Shown: positions 16,486 to 24,115 of the stretch, piece after piece
Layout: each line of letters starts with the position of its first letter
Position numbering within the stretch: the first letter of the stretch is position 1
NCBI GenBank assembly: GCA_025340205.1
Contig: CP006868.1
Span: forward strand, 1,260,001-1,292,000
Length of the DNA: 32,000 bases
Source of the DNA: Ignicoccus pacificus DSM 13166
GTDB lineage: Archaea; Thermoproteota; Thermoprotei_A; Sulfolobales; Ignicoccaceae
Reading direction: 5' to 3'
Made by a program: the position numbers and the translations under genes
Notes under the pieces: generated by a model
What the model was told of the DNA's origin: nothing
Seen by the model: the letters and a program-made list of their open reading frames with translations, nothing else
The model's database searches: none

Positions 16486-16839
16486 AACTCATTCTCACCT
16501 TGAGTAGTCGGATATAGAGAGGGATTCAAGAGGTTTTGTGACGAAAAGAAGCAACGCCGAGAAATACCGCATTCGCTTTAACAGAGATAGGTGAGAGTCA
16601 TCGGAACCCCCAAGGAGGGGCTGTTCGATCCCCTCGAGGACGCCTTGCTTAAAGGAGAGAGCGTTATCGATGGAGAGGTAGAGGAAGAGGTTTTAGAGGT
16701 TCACGTGGAGAAGGTAACGGAAATGAGGAACCTTTCCCTATCTGAGAGGTGAGGACTGCACCGGTTGCCGATCCGGTACGCAAGTCCCCCATATTTACCC
16801 TCGTGAGTCCACCCTCCCCTTCAGAAAGGGGAAGAAGTC

Positions 16840-17538
16840 TTGGATTATAGAAAGAGGCTGATAATGTCCATAATAGAGGAAGTACCAATAATCAGCGTCT
16901 GGAGGCTATCGAAGATATCCTTCATACTCGACAATAAACTGAATTGGATGGCTTTCGAGTGGAGTAAGGAGTGGTACGCGCCAACTCCCGTGGACATAGC
17001 CTCTACACTCGAGGAGTTGCTAATGGAAGAGTACATAGGTTATAAGCTGTGTCCCAAGATCTCCGTAGTAGCGCTGAAGAGCGTGAACAACAATAGAATT
17101 TTGAGAAAGAAGGTCAGAGAGGTGGTCCAAGAGACGTTTGCCCTCAGCCCAATGGAACTCTTGGAAAGGGTGTATGAGCTAAAAGGAATGAAGCCGGATT
17201 GCTGGACCTGTGAAATCGAAATGTTAATAGAAGAGGTAAACAAAGGAAAGAGAGATGCTATGAGAGAGCTCATCGGGAGGCTTACAGAACAGTACTCAGA
17301 TGCCATAAAGCTATTGCCCTTCATGTCGTTGAACAAATTGGAGGAAGCATTGGTTAAGATAGCCAAGGAAAGAGACTTGAGGAGCTCTATATTCATCCTC
17401 ATTGGCTTGCTTCAAGATCTAAGAGATGCAGCTTCCTTGGGCAACGTGAAGGAGATAATAAGGGCAAGGAAGAGGCTTCTTGATTCTTTGAGGCTTTTCA
17501 TAGACAACAGTTTTCCTAAAGACCTCATGAGTCCTTAG
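16840..17538 (+). CDS. hypothetical protein; N-terminal region faintly resembles Panacea/SocA (DUF4065)-type domains
   Basis: 232-aa helical ORF; the likely ATG start is at 16864 (MSIIEEV). The segment RLSKISFILDNKLNWMAFEWSKEWYAPTPVDIASTLEELLMEEYI is reminiscent of kLqKLlY...f.f....yGP.s.el...l..L...g.i. The similarity is weak. Confidence 0.45.
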   Translation: MDYRKRLIMSIIEEVPIISVWRLSKISFILDNKLNWMAFEWSKEWYAPTPVDIASTLEELLMEEYIGYKLCPKISVVALKSVNNNRILRKKVREVVQETFALSPMELLERVYELKGMKPDCWTCEIEMLIEEVNKGKRDAMRELIGRLTEQYSDAIKLLPFMSLNKLEEALVKIAKERDLRSSIFILIGLLQDLRDAASLGNVKEIIRARKRLLDSLRLFIDNSFPKDLMSP

Positions 17539-17541
17539 GGC

Positions 17542-18669
17542 TCACTCTATCGTCCTGAGCGCTTGAACGGGCTCCAAGCGGTACACTGAAGCCATCGGAA
17601 GCGCTGCGCTCAGTACCATCATTCCTACCGTTATGAAGCTCGCGAGAGCCAGCTGGTCCGGAGTAATGCTCATGGATGCCACTATCTGCTGTATGTTGAA
17701 GCCGTATCTCACGAACTCCACTACGAACATGTGCTTAGCTAAGTTAACTAAGTAGGTCGATATCACAGTTCCTATGATTAAAGCTACTATCGCATAGGTC
17801 AAGGTCTCCGCTAAGTATACCAAGGCCAGTTGCCTCGAGGTGTATCCTAACGCCTTGAGGAGTCCTATCTCCCACGACCTGCTCCTTATATCCATCATCA
17901 TTGTTACTGCTAGAGCTATGGAGACTATGGAGAGGGCGAGGGTGCCTACGAAGAGCGACACCACCGTCGAGGTAGCCTTTATCAGCTGTTGGAATCGGAG
18001 CACGGTTTTTTGCGAAAATATGTAAGCTTGTCCTCCCGTGAGTTCATTTATCTTCTTCAACACGAAGTCAACGTTCTTTGGTTTATCAACTAAGATCACA
18101 AGGGAGTTGGGCGTAGCTCCCGGTATTTTCATGTAAGGGGCGAACGCTATCTTAGACTTCCCCAAGACGCTCTGCAACGTGGGAGCCTTTGCTACCCCGG
18201 TTACCGTTAGGTTGAACTGACCCAAGAAGGGCAGTATCAATGAGCAGTTGTGGCCGTAGTACTGGGAGAGGGAAGGAGGTACCATGAGTCCGGAGGGATT
18301 GCCCTTGATGACTTGCACTTGAACTATGTGGGTGAGCTGAGTGAAGTTGTAGAAGCCTATGAGCATTACGTACGTGTAGTTCTTACCGCACTGCAAGTAT
18401 GCGTCTGTTATCAGCAGTGTTATTACCTTCTTGACGTGAGGTATAGAAGCTACCTTAAGAGGGCTCACCGGAAGCGCCGGACCTAGGACCACTATCATGT
18501 TGGGCTTGAACAGCTTCAGGTAATTTTGTAAGAGCTCGAACCCAGCGTTGGAAATTGATAACATTACTAACAGTACCACTACGCCTATTATTGCCATTAC
18601 TGTAATCAATATGCTCCTTAGCGGTCTCTTCACCAAATCAGCCTTAATGAACCAGAGAACGGCTTCCAT
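17542..18669 (-). CDS. ABC transporter permease, FtsX/MacB-like
   Basis: It has an N-terminal TM helix (RSILITVMAIIGVVVLLVML), an extracytoplasmic domain of about 200 aa, and a C-terminal 3-TM FtsX domain with IGLLKALGYTSRQLALVYLAETLTYAIVALIIG. No ATPase gene is adjacent. Confidence 0.8.
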   Translation of the reverse strand: MEAVLWFIKADLVKRPLRSILITVMAIIGVVVLLVMLSISNAGFELLQNYLKLFKPNMIVVLGPALPVSPLKVASIPHVKKVITLLITDAYLQCGKNYTYVMLIGFYNFTQLTHIVQVQVIKGNPSGLMVPPSLSQYYGHNCSLILPFLGQFNLTVTGVAKAPTLQSVLGKSKIAFAPYMKIPGATPNSLVILVDKPKNVDFVLKKINELTGGQAYIFSQKTVLRFQQLIKATSTVVSLFVGTLALSIVSIALAVTMMMDIRSRSWEIGLLKALGYTSRQLALVYLAETLTYAIVALIIGTVISTYLVNLAKHMFVVEFVRYGFNIQQIVASMSITPDQLALASFITVGMMVLSAALPMASVYRLEPVQALRTIE

Positions 18670-18764
18670 TTCACATCTGGTTGACCTTCCCTTTCTTGAG
18701 GTAATAAGGGATGTGGGGCTCGGTCGTACTCCCGTCGGTCATCAATCCCTTCGATAATCCCTCC

Positions 18765-20036
18765 TCATCCCCACACTAGGTAGAATATTATGATGGCTGG
18801 GGTTAAAGCGAGGATGGTATAGAACAGTCCCAGCTTTACGAACCTCCTGAAGCTCACCTTGTAGCCGGCCTCGCTCAAGAGCTGAACCGCAGCTATGTTA
18901 GTCGAAGTTCCGAAGTAAGTTATGTTGCCTCCCAGAGTAGCTCCTATTAGGAGGGCTAAGAGAAGCTTGAACCAGTATATGCCACAGTGAACGCTCAAGT
19001 CTTGTATTACCGGGAACATCGCTAGGAGGTAGGGCACGTTGTCCATTATCCCGGAGATTATCACGGACACCACTATTATTACGGCGCTGGCCAAGTAGAA
19101 GTTGCATCCAACACAATGTTTCAAAGCGTTGGCTATTGTAGTCATTACTCCGCTGTCCTCCAGCGCTCCCACGAGCAGGAACATTCCAGCTAAGAAGAGT
19201 AGGAGCTCCCACTCAACGCTCTTTATAGCGAACTTCACGTCGTCCCAGCTCCTTCTATAGAGGAGGATTATGGAGACCGCTATGAGGGCCGGAGGAGCCA
19301 ATCCTATTCCTATCTCCTTCCTTATAGATAGTAGGAATATCTTCACACCTAGCGCTATTAGGGCTATTTTGGCCAGCTCCTCGTTCTCGACACCTCTGAG
19401 CTGCTTTAGCACGTTGTCTACGTCTATTTTACCTTTACTTACCACGTAGCCGAAGATTGTCGTCGAGGTGAGAAGGGCTGCTAGTACCATCCAGAATATG
19501 GAGGGCTTTCCGTCGTGGAAAATGAAGTCTATGAAGTCCAAGTTGAAGTAACCTGCCGCTAGGGCGCTCTGCGGGTCGCCGACCAGCAAGGCGGCTCCTC
19601 CTAAGTTGGAGGCGAAGGCCGTAATCAGGAGGAGGGGGACGGCATCGACTTCTGCTGCCCTGGCTATGGCGAATACCATCGGAGCCAGCATGACTAAGGT
19701 AGTGACGTTCTCGATGAATAACGAGATTATGCCAGAGAGAAGACCCAAGGCTATAGCTATCTTCCTCAAGTCCCCCTTGCTCCACCTCACTGCCCTCTTA
19801 GCTGCCTCCTCCGTGAGGCCCGACTCGCTGAGATAGGCGGATACCACACAAGCTCCTCCTATTAGGCCCAGCACGTCTAAGTTGAGGTACTCTGGTACGT
19901 GGTTGAGCTTCACCAAGCCCAGGGCTATCGCAATTAAGGCTCCTATCAAGGCAACGATGTATCTCCTGTTCTCCTTGACCAACACAAGAGCGGTAAGTGT
20001 TGCAATGAAGAGCGCTGCCGCCATCAGCTCCTTCAC
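18765..20036 (-). CDS. ArsB/NhaD (IT superfamily, CitMHS-like) anion/ion permease
   Basis: 423 aa with about 11-12 TM helices. The N-terminus AAALFIATLTALVLVKENRRYIVALIGALIAIALGLV and the motifs FIENVTTLVMLAP and GGNITYFGTSTNI are typical of the ArsB/NhaD permease superfamily. Confidence 0.75.
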   Translation of the reverse strand: MKELMAAALFIATLTALVLVKENRRYIVALIGALIAIALGLVKLNHVPEYLNLDVLGLIGGACVVSAYLSESGLTEEAAKRAVRWSKGDLRKIAIALGLLSGIISLFIENVTTLVMLAPMVFAIARAAEVDAVPLLLITAFASNLGGAALLVGDPQSALAAGYFNLDFIDFIFHDGKPSIFWMVLAALLTSTTIFGYVVSKGKIDVDNVLKQLRGVENEELAKIALIALGVKIFLLSIRKEIGIGLAPPALIAVSIILLYRRSWDDVKFAIKSVEWELLLFLAGMFLLVGALEDSGVMTTIANALKHCVGCNFYLASAVIIVVSVIISGIMDNVPYLLAMFPVIQDLSVHCGIYWFKLLLALLIGATLGGNITYFGTSTNIAAVQLLSEAGYKVSFRRFVKLGLFYTILALTPAIIIFYLVWG

Positions 20037-20104
20037 TCAGCGCACCGAGGGGAGCTCATGGCAAGGCTAATATTAGGATCTCTTCGTTCGCTTTCAGAAC
20101 AAAT

Positions 20105-20401
20105 TTACCTTATTATGAACCGAGGGGGTTCTATCCACTGACTCCTACACCTAGGACACTTGCTCGGCTTCTTTATCTTAGCGTCCTTGAAGACGTATCC
20201 GCACTTCTTGCAATAGGCAGGCTGGATGTAGAGGGTGTAGCCCTTCCTCTTCACGGTCTTCGCTACGTGAGATAGCTCCTCGTAAACCAGCCTCTCGCTC
20301 TCCAATCCCAACTCAAACGCTATGTCCTTGGCGCTGAGTGGCTGGTCGGTTTCCATTAACAGCTTTATCATTCTCTCCCTAACGGTCTCCCACTCGCTCA
20401 C
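20105..20401 (-). CDS. transcriptional regulator, wHTH fused to C-terminal zinc ribbon (COG3357-like)
   Basis: The N-terminal HTH is RERMIKLLMETDQPLSAKDIAFELGL. The C-terminus is CKKCGYVFKD...KPSKCPRCRSQWIEPPRF. The whole layout matches the archaeal HTH plus Zn-ribbon regulator family. Confidence 0.8.
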   Translation of the reverse strand: MSEWETVRERMIKLLMETDQPLSAKDIAFELGLESERLVYEELSHVAKTVKRKGYTLYIQPAYCKKCGYVFKDAKIKKPSKCPRCRSQWIEPPRFIIR

Positions 20402-20533
20402 CAGCTCACCGCCAGCTTACCCTGAAGAGAGATTTTGAGTTCTAATTTCTCTTTATGAATACCGGGCTCAAATCGGAACGTTATCTTAACTGAGATGATT
20501 TTATATTGAGACTATTATCTATATTAAGGTAAT

Positions 20534-20556
20534 TCTCCCTATTCTTCATAGGGAGA
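20534..20556. promoter_or_regulatory. perfect 8-bp inverted repeat TCTCCCTA-N7-TAGGGAGA in a divergent intergenic region
   Basis: Read directly: 20534-20541 tctcccta, loop ttcttca, 20549-20556 tagggaga. It lies between the HTH/Zn-ribbon regulator gene (start 20401, minus) and the 20609 plus-strand gene. An AT-rich TATA-like stretch lies just upstream (20500-20530). Confidence 0.4.
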
Positions 20557-20608
20557 GTGGGAGGGTGTTCAAGTACGTTAAGGGAAGGGAAATAGAGGAG
20601 GCTGTTGA

Positions 20609-21220
20609 GTGGCGGGAGGAGGACTTCTGGCTCGCTTTATTAGAGGAAGAGAACGCTACGGTCAGGGTGAACTCGAACTGGGAGTGGAGGTTAAGCCCAC
20701 CGTTAAGGCTTATTTGGGCGAGATCGCGATCCTCATACTCTCAATACTAGGCTCCATCGCCGCTCCCCTCTTCCCTCAGCAGTACCAATGGTTCTGGTAC
20801 GCCATCCCTATAGCTCTCATCATAATATCGTTCTTCATATCTAAAAGGGCGTTCGTGCTAGCGCTCATAGCCTTGGTCCCCGGAGCCGTCGGGTACTATT
20901 TTAGCAAGTACTTTGCAATGGTCACAATACCAATAGCGCTCGTAGAGCTTTACTTGCTGTTCAAGTATATATCATCGATAAGATACATAATAAAGGAGGA
21001 TGGCGTCACCGTCTCGGTGGATTTCATATTCATGAGCTCCACCAGGACCATACCGAAGGACTCCATAAGCGAGCTCCAAGTGAACACCGGACCCTTGGGA
21101 AAGATCTTAGGTTACGCTGACATAGAGATCAAGCTTAAGAACAAGGGAGAGATAAAGATAGACGGCGTTCCCAAGGATGCTGCCGATAAGGTCAGAAAAA
21201 TGCTCATAGGCTCGGCTTGA
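20609..21220 (+). CDS. membrane protein with C-terminal bacterial-PH (bPH_2/YdbS-like) domain
   Basis: The GTG start is preceded by GAGGAGG at 7-nt spacing. It has three or four TM helices. The C-terminal part IKEDGVTVSVDF...ISELQVNTGPLGKILGYADIEIKLKNKGEIKIDGVPKDAADKVRKML is typical of bPH_2. Confidence 0.6.
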   Translation: MAGGGLLARFIRGRERYGQGELELGVEVKPTVKAYLGEIAILILSILGSIAAPLFPQQYQWFWYAIPIALIIISFFISKRAFVLALIALVPGAVGYYFSKYFAMVTIPIALVELYLLFKYISSIRYIIKEDGVTVSVDFIFMSSTRTIPKDSISELQVNTGPLGKILGYADIEIKLKNKGEIKIDGVPKDAADKVRKMLIGSA

Positions 21221-21539
21221 ACTTCCTAAACCTTCCGTTGTTTTTCTTCAGTATTCTCTTATTAAAGCAATCGCTCCCTATGCTCCTCACAACAGATATT
21301 AGCATGACTGCGCACTTAGCCAACTCCTTGGGATCGTCCTTCTCCTCTAGCTCTAGTGCCTTTTCAAGTAAGTAGAGCGCTACTAAGCTCTCGTCGTCAT
21401 GTTTCTTGCTCTTCCTAGCCTCAGCTATCTCGTTCTTCAGTATCTCTCTTAAGAACTCTTTAGGGTCATCTACGTTCCTGAAGAGCTCCTCCCACATCTC
21501 GACCGAGGGTGGGGGGGGGGGCAGGTCACCGCACTTCAC
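21204..21539 (-). CDS. hypothetical small helical protein
   Basis: 111-aa ORF with K/E-rich helical composition. The annotated GTG start puts a C11 tract (PPPPP) inside the N-terminus. An alternative ATG at 21497 (MWEELFRN) would leave the tract in the leader. Confidence 0.4.
   Translation of the reverse strand: MKCGDLPPPPPSVEMWEELFRNVDDPKEFLREILKNEIAEARKSKKHDDESLVALYLLEKALELEEKDDPKELAKCAVMLISVVRSIGSDCFNKRILKKNNGRFRKFKPSL
21511..21521. repeat. G11/C11 homopolymer tract
   Basis: Read directly: ...gagggt ggggggggggg caggtc...; 11 consecutive G on the plus strand. Confidence 0.95.
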
Positions 21540-21637
21540 CCTACTGACCTAACTTGATAGAACTGAGAGGTATTTACGTGTCTTTCCCCTTGCTCAACTT
21601 TTTAGGTGTGATATAGGGAATCTCAGGGAGCTTTCCT

Positions 21638-22117
21638 ATGAAAGCTAAGCTCTATTGTGAGATGTGCGGCCTCCCAATAGAGGGAAGGCCTCACAGGGTA
21701 ATGATCGAGGGCACCGAGATGGTCCTCTGTGAGAGGTGCTACCGCTCGGTGAGAGCTAGGGCGGTTCCGACTGAAGCTCCTAAGAAAAAGAAGAAGGAAG
21801 TGAAGAAGGAGAAACCGAAGAAAAAGGTGGTTGAATACGAAATAGTAGAGGACTACGCTAAGAGGGTTAGGGAAGCTAGAGAGAAGCTGGGAATGAGTAG
21901 GGAAGAGCTGGGAATGAAAGTCGGAGCCGGAGAGAATATCATAAAGAGAATAGAGCTTGGAAGGCTGGAGCCGGACATGGAGCTAGCGAAGAAGCTAGAG
22001 AAGGTACTCGGAATAAAGCTAATAAGAAAGGTGGAGTACGAGGAGGGAGGAGAGGTTCCCAAGCCTCCGAGCGGGGGCCTAACCCTAGGAGATATCGTTG
22101 TAATAAGGAAGGATTAA
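21638..22117 (+). CDS. mbf1: archaeal multiprotein bridging factor 1 (aMBF1): N-terminal zinc ribbon plus Cro/C1-type HTH
   Basis: The Zn ribbon is CEMCG...CERC, followed by a K-rich linker. The HTH is YAKRVREAREKLGMSREELGMKVGAGENIIKRIELGRLEPDMELAKKLEKVLGIKL. ATG start with upstream GGGAG. Confidence 0.85.
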   Translation: MKAKLYCEMCGLPIEGRPHRVMIEGTEMVLCERCYRSVRARAVPTEAPKKKKKEVKKEKPKKKVVEYEIVEDYAKRVREAREKLGMSREELGMKVGAGENIIKRIELGRLEPDMELAKKLEKVLGIKLIRKVEYEEGGEVPKPPSGGLTLGDIVVIRKD

Positions 22118-22822
22118 CTTCGTTAGAATCGTAGCCGTTTTCCTGACCAACTCTGATATCACAATTATCGTTAGAACGATGACGAGCACTTGGATTTGAG
22201 CGATCCTCTCCATCAGCGCTCCTGGAGTATTCAATATCAAGTTCAATTCCTTTCCTAGACTCGGTATCCCTTGGGACTCAAGACCTAACATTGCCAAGCC
22301 CGCTTCGGCGTAAACCGCTATCGAAGCTATCATAGAGGAATACTTCAGCACTTCATCGACCACATTCTTCGGAACGTGCCTTATGAAGGCTTGAATTGCC
22401 GAGGCTCCGGAGGCCAGAGAGGCCAAGAAGAAGTTCTCCTCCCTCATCTGCCTTGCCTTAAAGTGAATCGCCTTTGAGGGGGCCAAGGAAGCCAAGAAGG
22501 AGACTAGGAGCGCTATCTCCAAAGGACTCAGCTGAACTATAAGCGAGAGGAAGACGAAGAAGGCGAAGCGTGGGAAGCCGCTCAAAGAGGAGGTAATGAA
22601 GGTAAACGCCTTGCTCGCTCTATCATTCATTGCCAAAAGCGCTGATAGCAACAGAAGCAAAGAGCTGAAGATCATAGCAACTACTCCTACCTCCAAGCTA
22701 GTTGGAATGGAGGAAAGTAAAACGCAGAGGAAGTCCCTCCCTATGGGATCGGTTCCTAGGGGATGAGCGGGGCTTGGAGGAGAGAAGGGTTGGTAGGAGG
22801 GGCTGCACATGCCTTCGCTCAC
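22085..22822 (-). CDS. ABC transporter permease, peptide/nickel type (DppC/OppC-like)
   Basis: It has the N-terminal PLGTDPIGRDFL motif (GTDxxGRD) and 5-6 TM helices. Its start overlaps the stop of the upstream permease gene by 4 nt. Confidence 0.8.
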   Translation of the reverse strand: MSEGMCSPSYQPFSPPSPAHPLGTDPIGRDFLCVLLSSIPTSLEVGVVAMIFSSLLLLLSALLAMNDRASKAFTFITSSLSGFPRFAFFVFLSLIVQLSPLEIALLVSFLASLAPSKAIHFKARQMREENFFLASLASGASAIQAFIRHVPKNVVDEVLKYSSMIASIAVYAEAGLAMLGLESQGIPSLGKELNLILNTPGALMERIAQIQVLVIVLTIIVISELVRKTATILTKLILPYYNDIS

Positions 22823-23631
22823 CTCGTCCTCGGGTCCAGCCTTCTGGCCAACTCGTCCGCCAAGTAGGAGCCGAGGTAAGAGAGCGTTGCTATTATTAGG
22901 AAAGCAGATGAGGCCAAGGGAGGGTCGCCTCCGGTGACAGCGCTGAAGAGCAAGTACCCTATTCCCATATAGCTAATCAAAGGCTCCACGAAGACCGACC
23001 TTTCCAGAGCGTTGACGAAGTTGGTTATTGAAAAGGAAGTGAGGGATGGGAGCAGCACCCTTAACTCCTTAACCCTTATCTTGAAGTCGCTCAGCCCTAT
23101 CGCCTTGAGGAGCAGCGTGGTATCCCGAAGTACCCCTCTTTGATCCTCGACGAGGCCTGAAAAGCCATATACCAGCTTCGGCCATTCTCCTAATAGGATT
23201 ACTAGCGAATAGGCCAAGGCCTTCTGAAAAGAAGTTCCGAGGAGGGGAGGAGGCCAGCCAAAGGACCAAGAGGTCAGGGCGAGGGGTATGGCATAGATGA
23301 ACTCCGGTATAAAGGAAGCGGACCTTATCGCTTTCGGTACCTTGGGTCCTATGAATATCAGCCAAGCGATGGAAAACGCCATCGCCAGGGAATATCCGAG
23401 GCCTAGGGGGAGCAAGGTAGAGGCCAGTCCCTCAAGGGAGAGGAGGATTGAGGGGGACGAGTAGAGGAAGGAGGGAGGTCCTCCTTTGAGGAGCTGAGAA
23501 AGTAAGGCCCTGAGGTTCCCGGAGTAAACCTTCTTGAGCTCCTCTATCTGCGTCTTGTTCAAGAAACCGTTAGCCCCTAAAGTAGAGAAGGGGTTGCCAA
23601 GAGCTTTCAAGGCTACGTAGTTGCTAACCAA
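22819..23631 (-). CDS. ABC transporter permease, peptide/nickel type (DppB/OppB-like)
   Basis: The C-terminal part AIGLSDFKIRVKELRVLLPSLTS...VFVEPLISYMGIGYLLFSAVTGGDPPLA...LADELARRLDPRTR matches the DppB EAA loop and the terminal DPR motif. It is shorter (270 aa) than typical DppB. Confidence 0.7.
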   Translation of the reverse strand: MVSNYVALKALGNPFSTLGANGFLNKTQIEELKKVYSGNLRALLSQLLKGGPPSFLYSSPSILLSLEGLASTLLPLGLGYSLAMAFSIAWLIFIGPKVPKAIRSASFIPEFIYAIPLALTSWSFGWPPPLLGTSFQKALAYSLVILLGEWPKLVYGFSGLVEDQRGVLRDTTLLLKAIGLSDFKIRVKELRVLLPSLTSFSITNFVNALERSVFVEPLISYMGIGYLLFSAVTGGDPPLASSAFLIIATLSYLGSYLADELARRLDPRTR

Positions 23632-23659
23632 GGTTACTACGATCAGTCCTATTATTACC

Positions 23660-24115
23660 TCAGCCCCTCGCGAGCGCCAACACCTCTCTCGGGTCGTCCA
23701 AGCCTCTAGAGTACAGCTTCAAGTCGATTACCGGGGTCCCGTCGACGGCGTCAAGACCCTTCACCTTGAGTTCACACCCATCTACTGATACGACGTAGCA
23801 GAGGGAGAGGCCTATGGGGCAAGGTCTGGCGGGGCTTCGGGTGGCGAAGACCCCCAGCTCCGGCATCTTCGGATCCTTGAAAGGATGGACCTTGAGGGGT
23901 CTGTCCTTTACCAAGTGGGCATACCATATCACCCAAATCAAGGTGCCCTTCCTAATCCCCTCCAGCGCTTCGCAGTACTTCTCGAATATACTTATTTTCG
24001 CCTCCTTACTCCTCAAAAAGTCATCGTAAGAGAAGATCTCTTCCTTTCCCTCCTTGTGCTCCAGCCCCTCTTCCCTCTCCACAATCCCAACGGGCTCGCA
24101 CTCCAAAGCCTTCAC
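23660..24115 (-). CDS. TrmO/TsaA-like (YaeB, UPF0066) SAM-dependent methyltransferase family protein
   Basis: GVFATRSPARPCPIGLSLCYVVSVDGCELKVKGLDAVDGTPVIDLKLY is the hallmark RSPxRPNPIGLS...glD..dGTPvlDIKPY block. I place the start at GTG 24115, which overlaps the upstream stop as GTGA. The ORF track extends to 24184. Confidence 0.75.
   Translation of the reverse strand: MKALECEPVGIVEREEGLEHKEGKEEIFSYDDFLRSKEAKISIFEKYCEALEGIRKGTLIWVIWYAHLVKDRPLKVHPFKDPKMPELGVFATRSPARPCPIGLSLCYVVSVDGCELKVKGLDAVDGTPVIDLKLYSRGLDDPREVLALARG

Noticed and set aside
16612-16640. A tRNA T-arm-like sequence GAGGGGCTGTTCGATCCCCTC, considered as a possible tRNA fragment or att site.
   Set aside because: The stem is 6 bp with a 9-nt loop rather than 5 bp plus the 7-nt TTCRANY loop. 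There is no flanking acceptor, anticodon or D-arm. It lies in frame inside the small candidate ORF 16591..16752.
18898-19785. Minus-strand alternative-frame ORFs (18898..19212, 19435..19785) and the plus-strand ORF 19606..19836 inside the ArsB/NhaD gene.
   Set aside because: They are R/G/S-rich off-frame products, and the permease frame is continuous with TM helices throughout.
20565-20750. An alternative-frame 61-aa ORF overlapping the start of the bPH membrane protein gene.
   Set aside because: The 20609 GTG has a well-spaced GAGGAGG, and its frame continues into TM helices and a bPH domain. The 20565 ORF has its GGGAGG too close to the start, and its C-terminal half is low-complexity R/S-rich.
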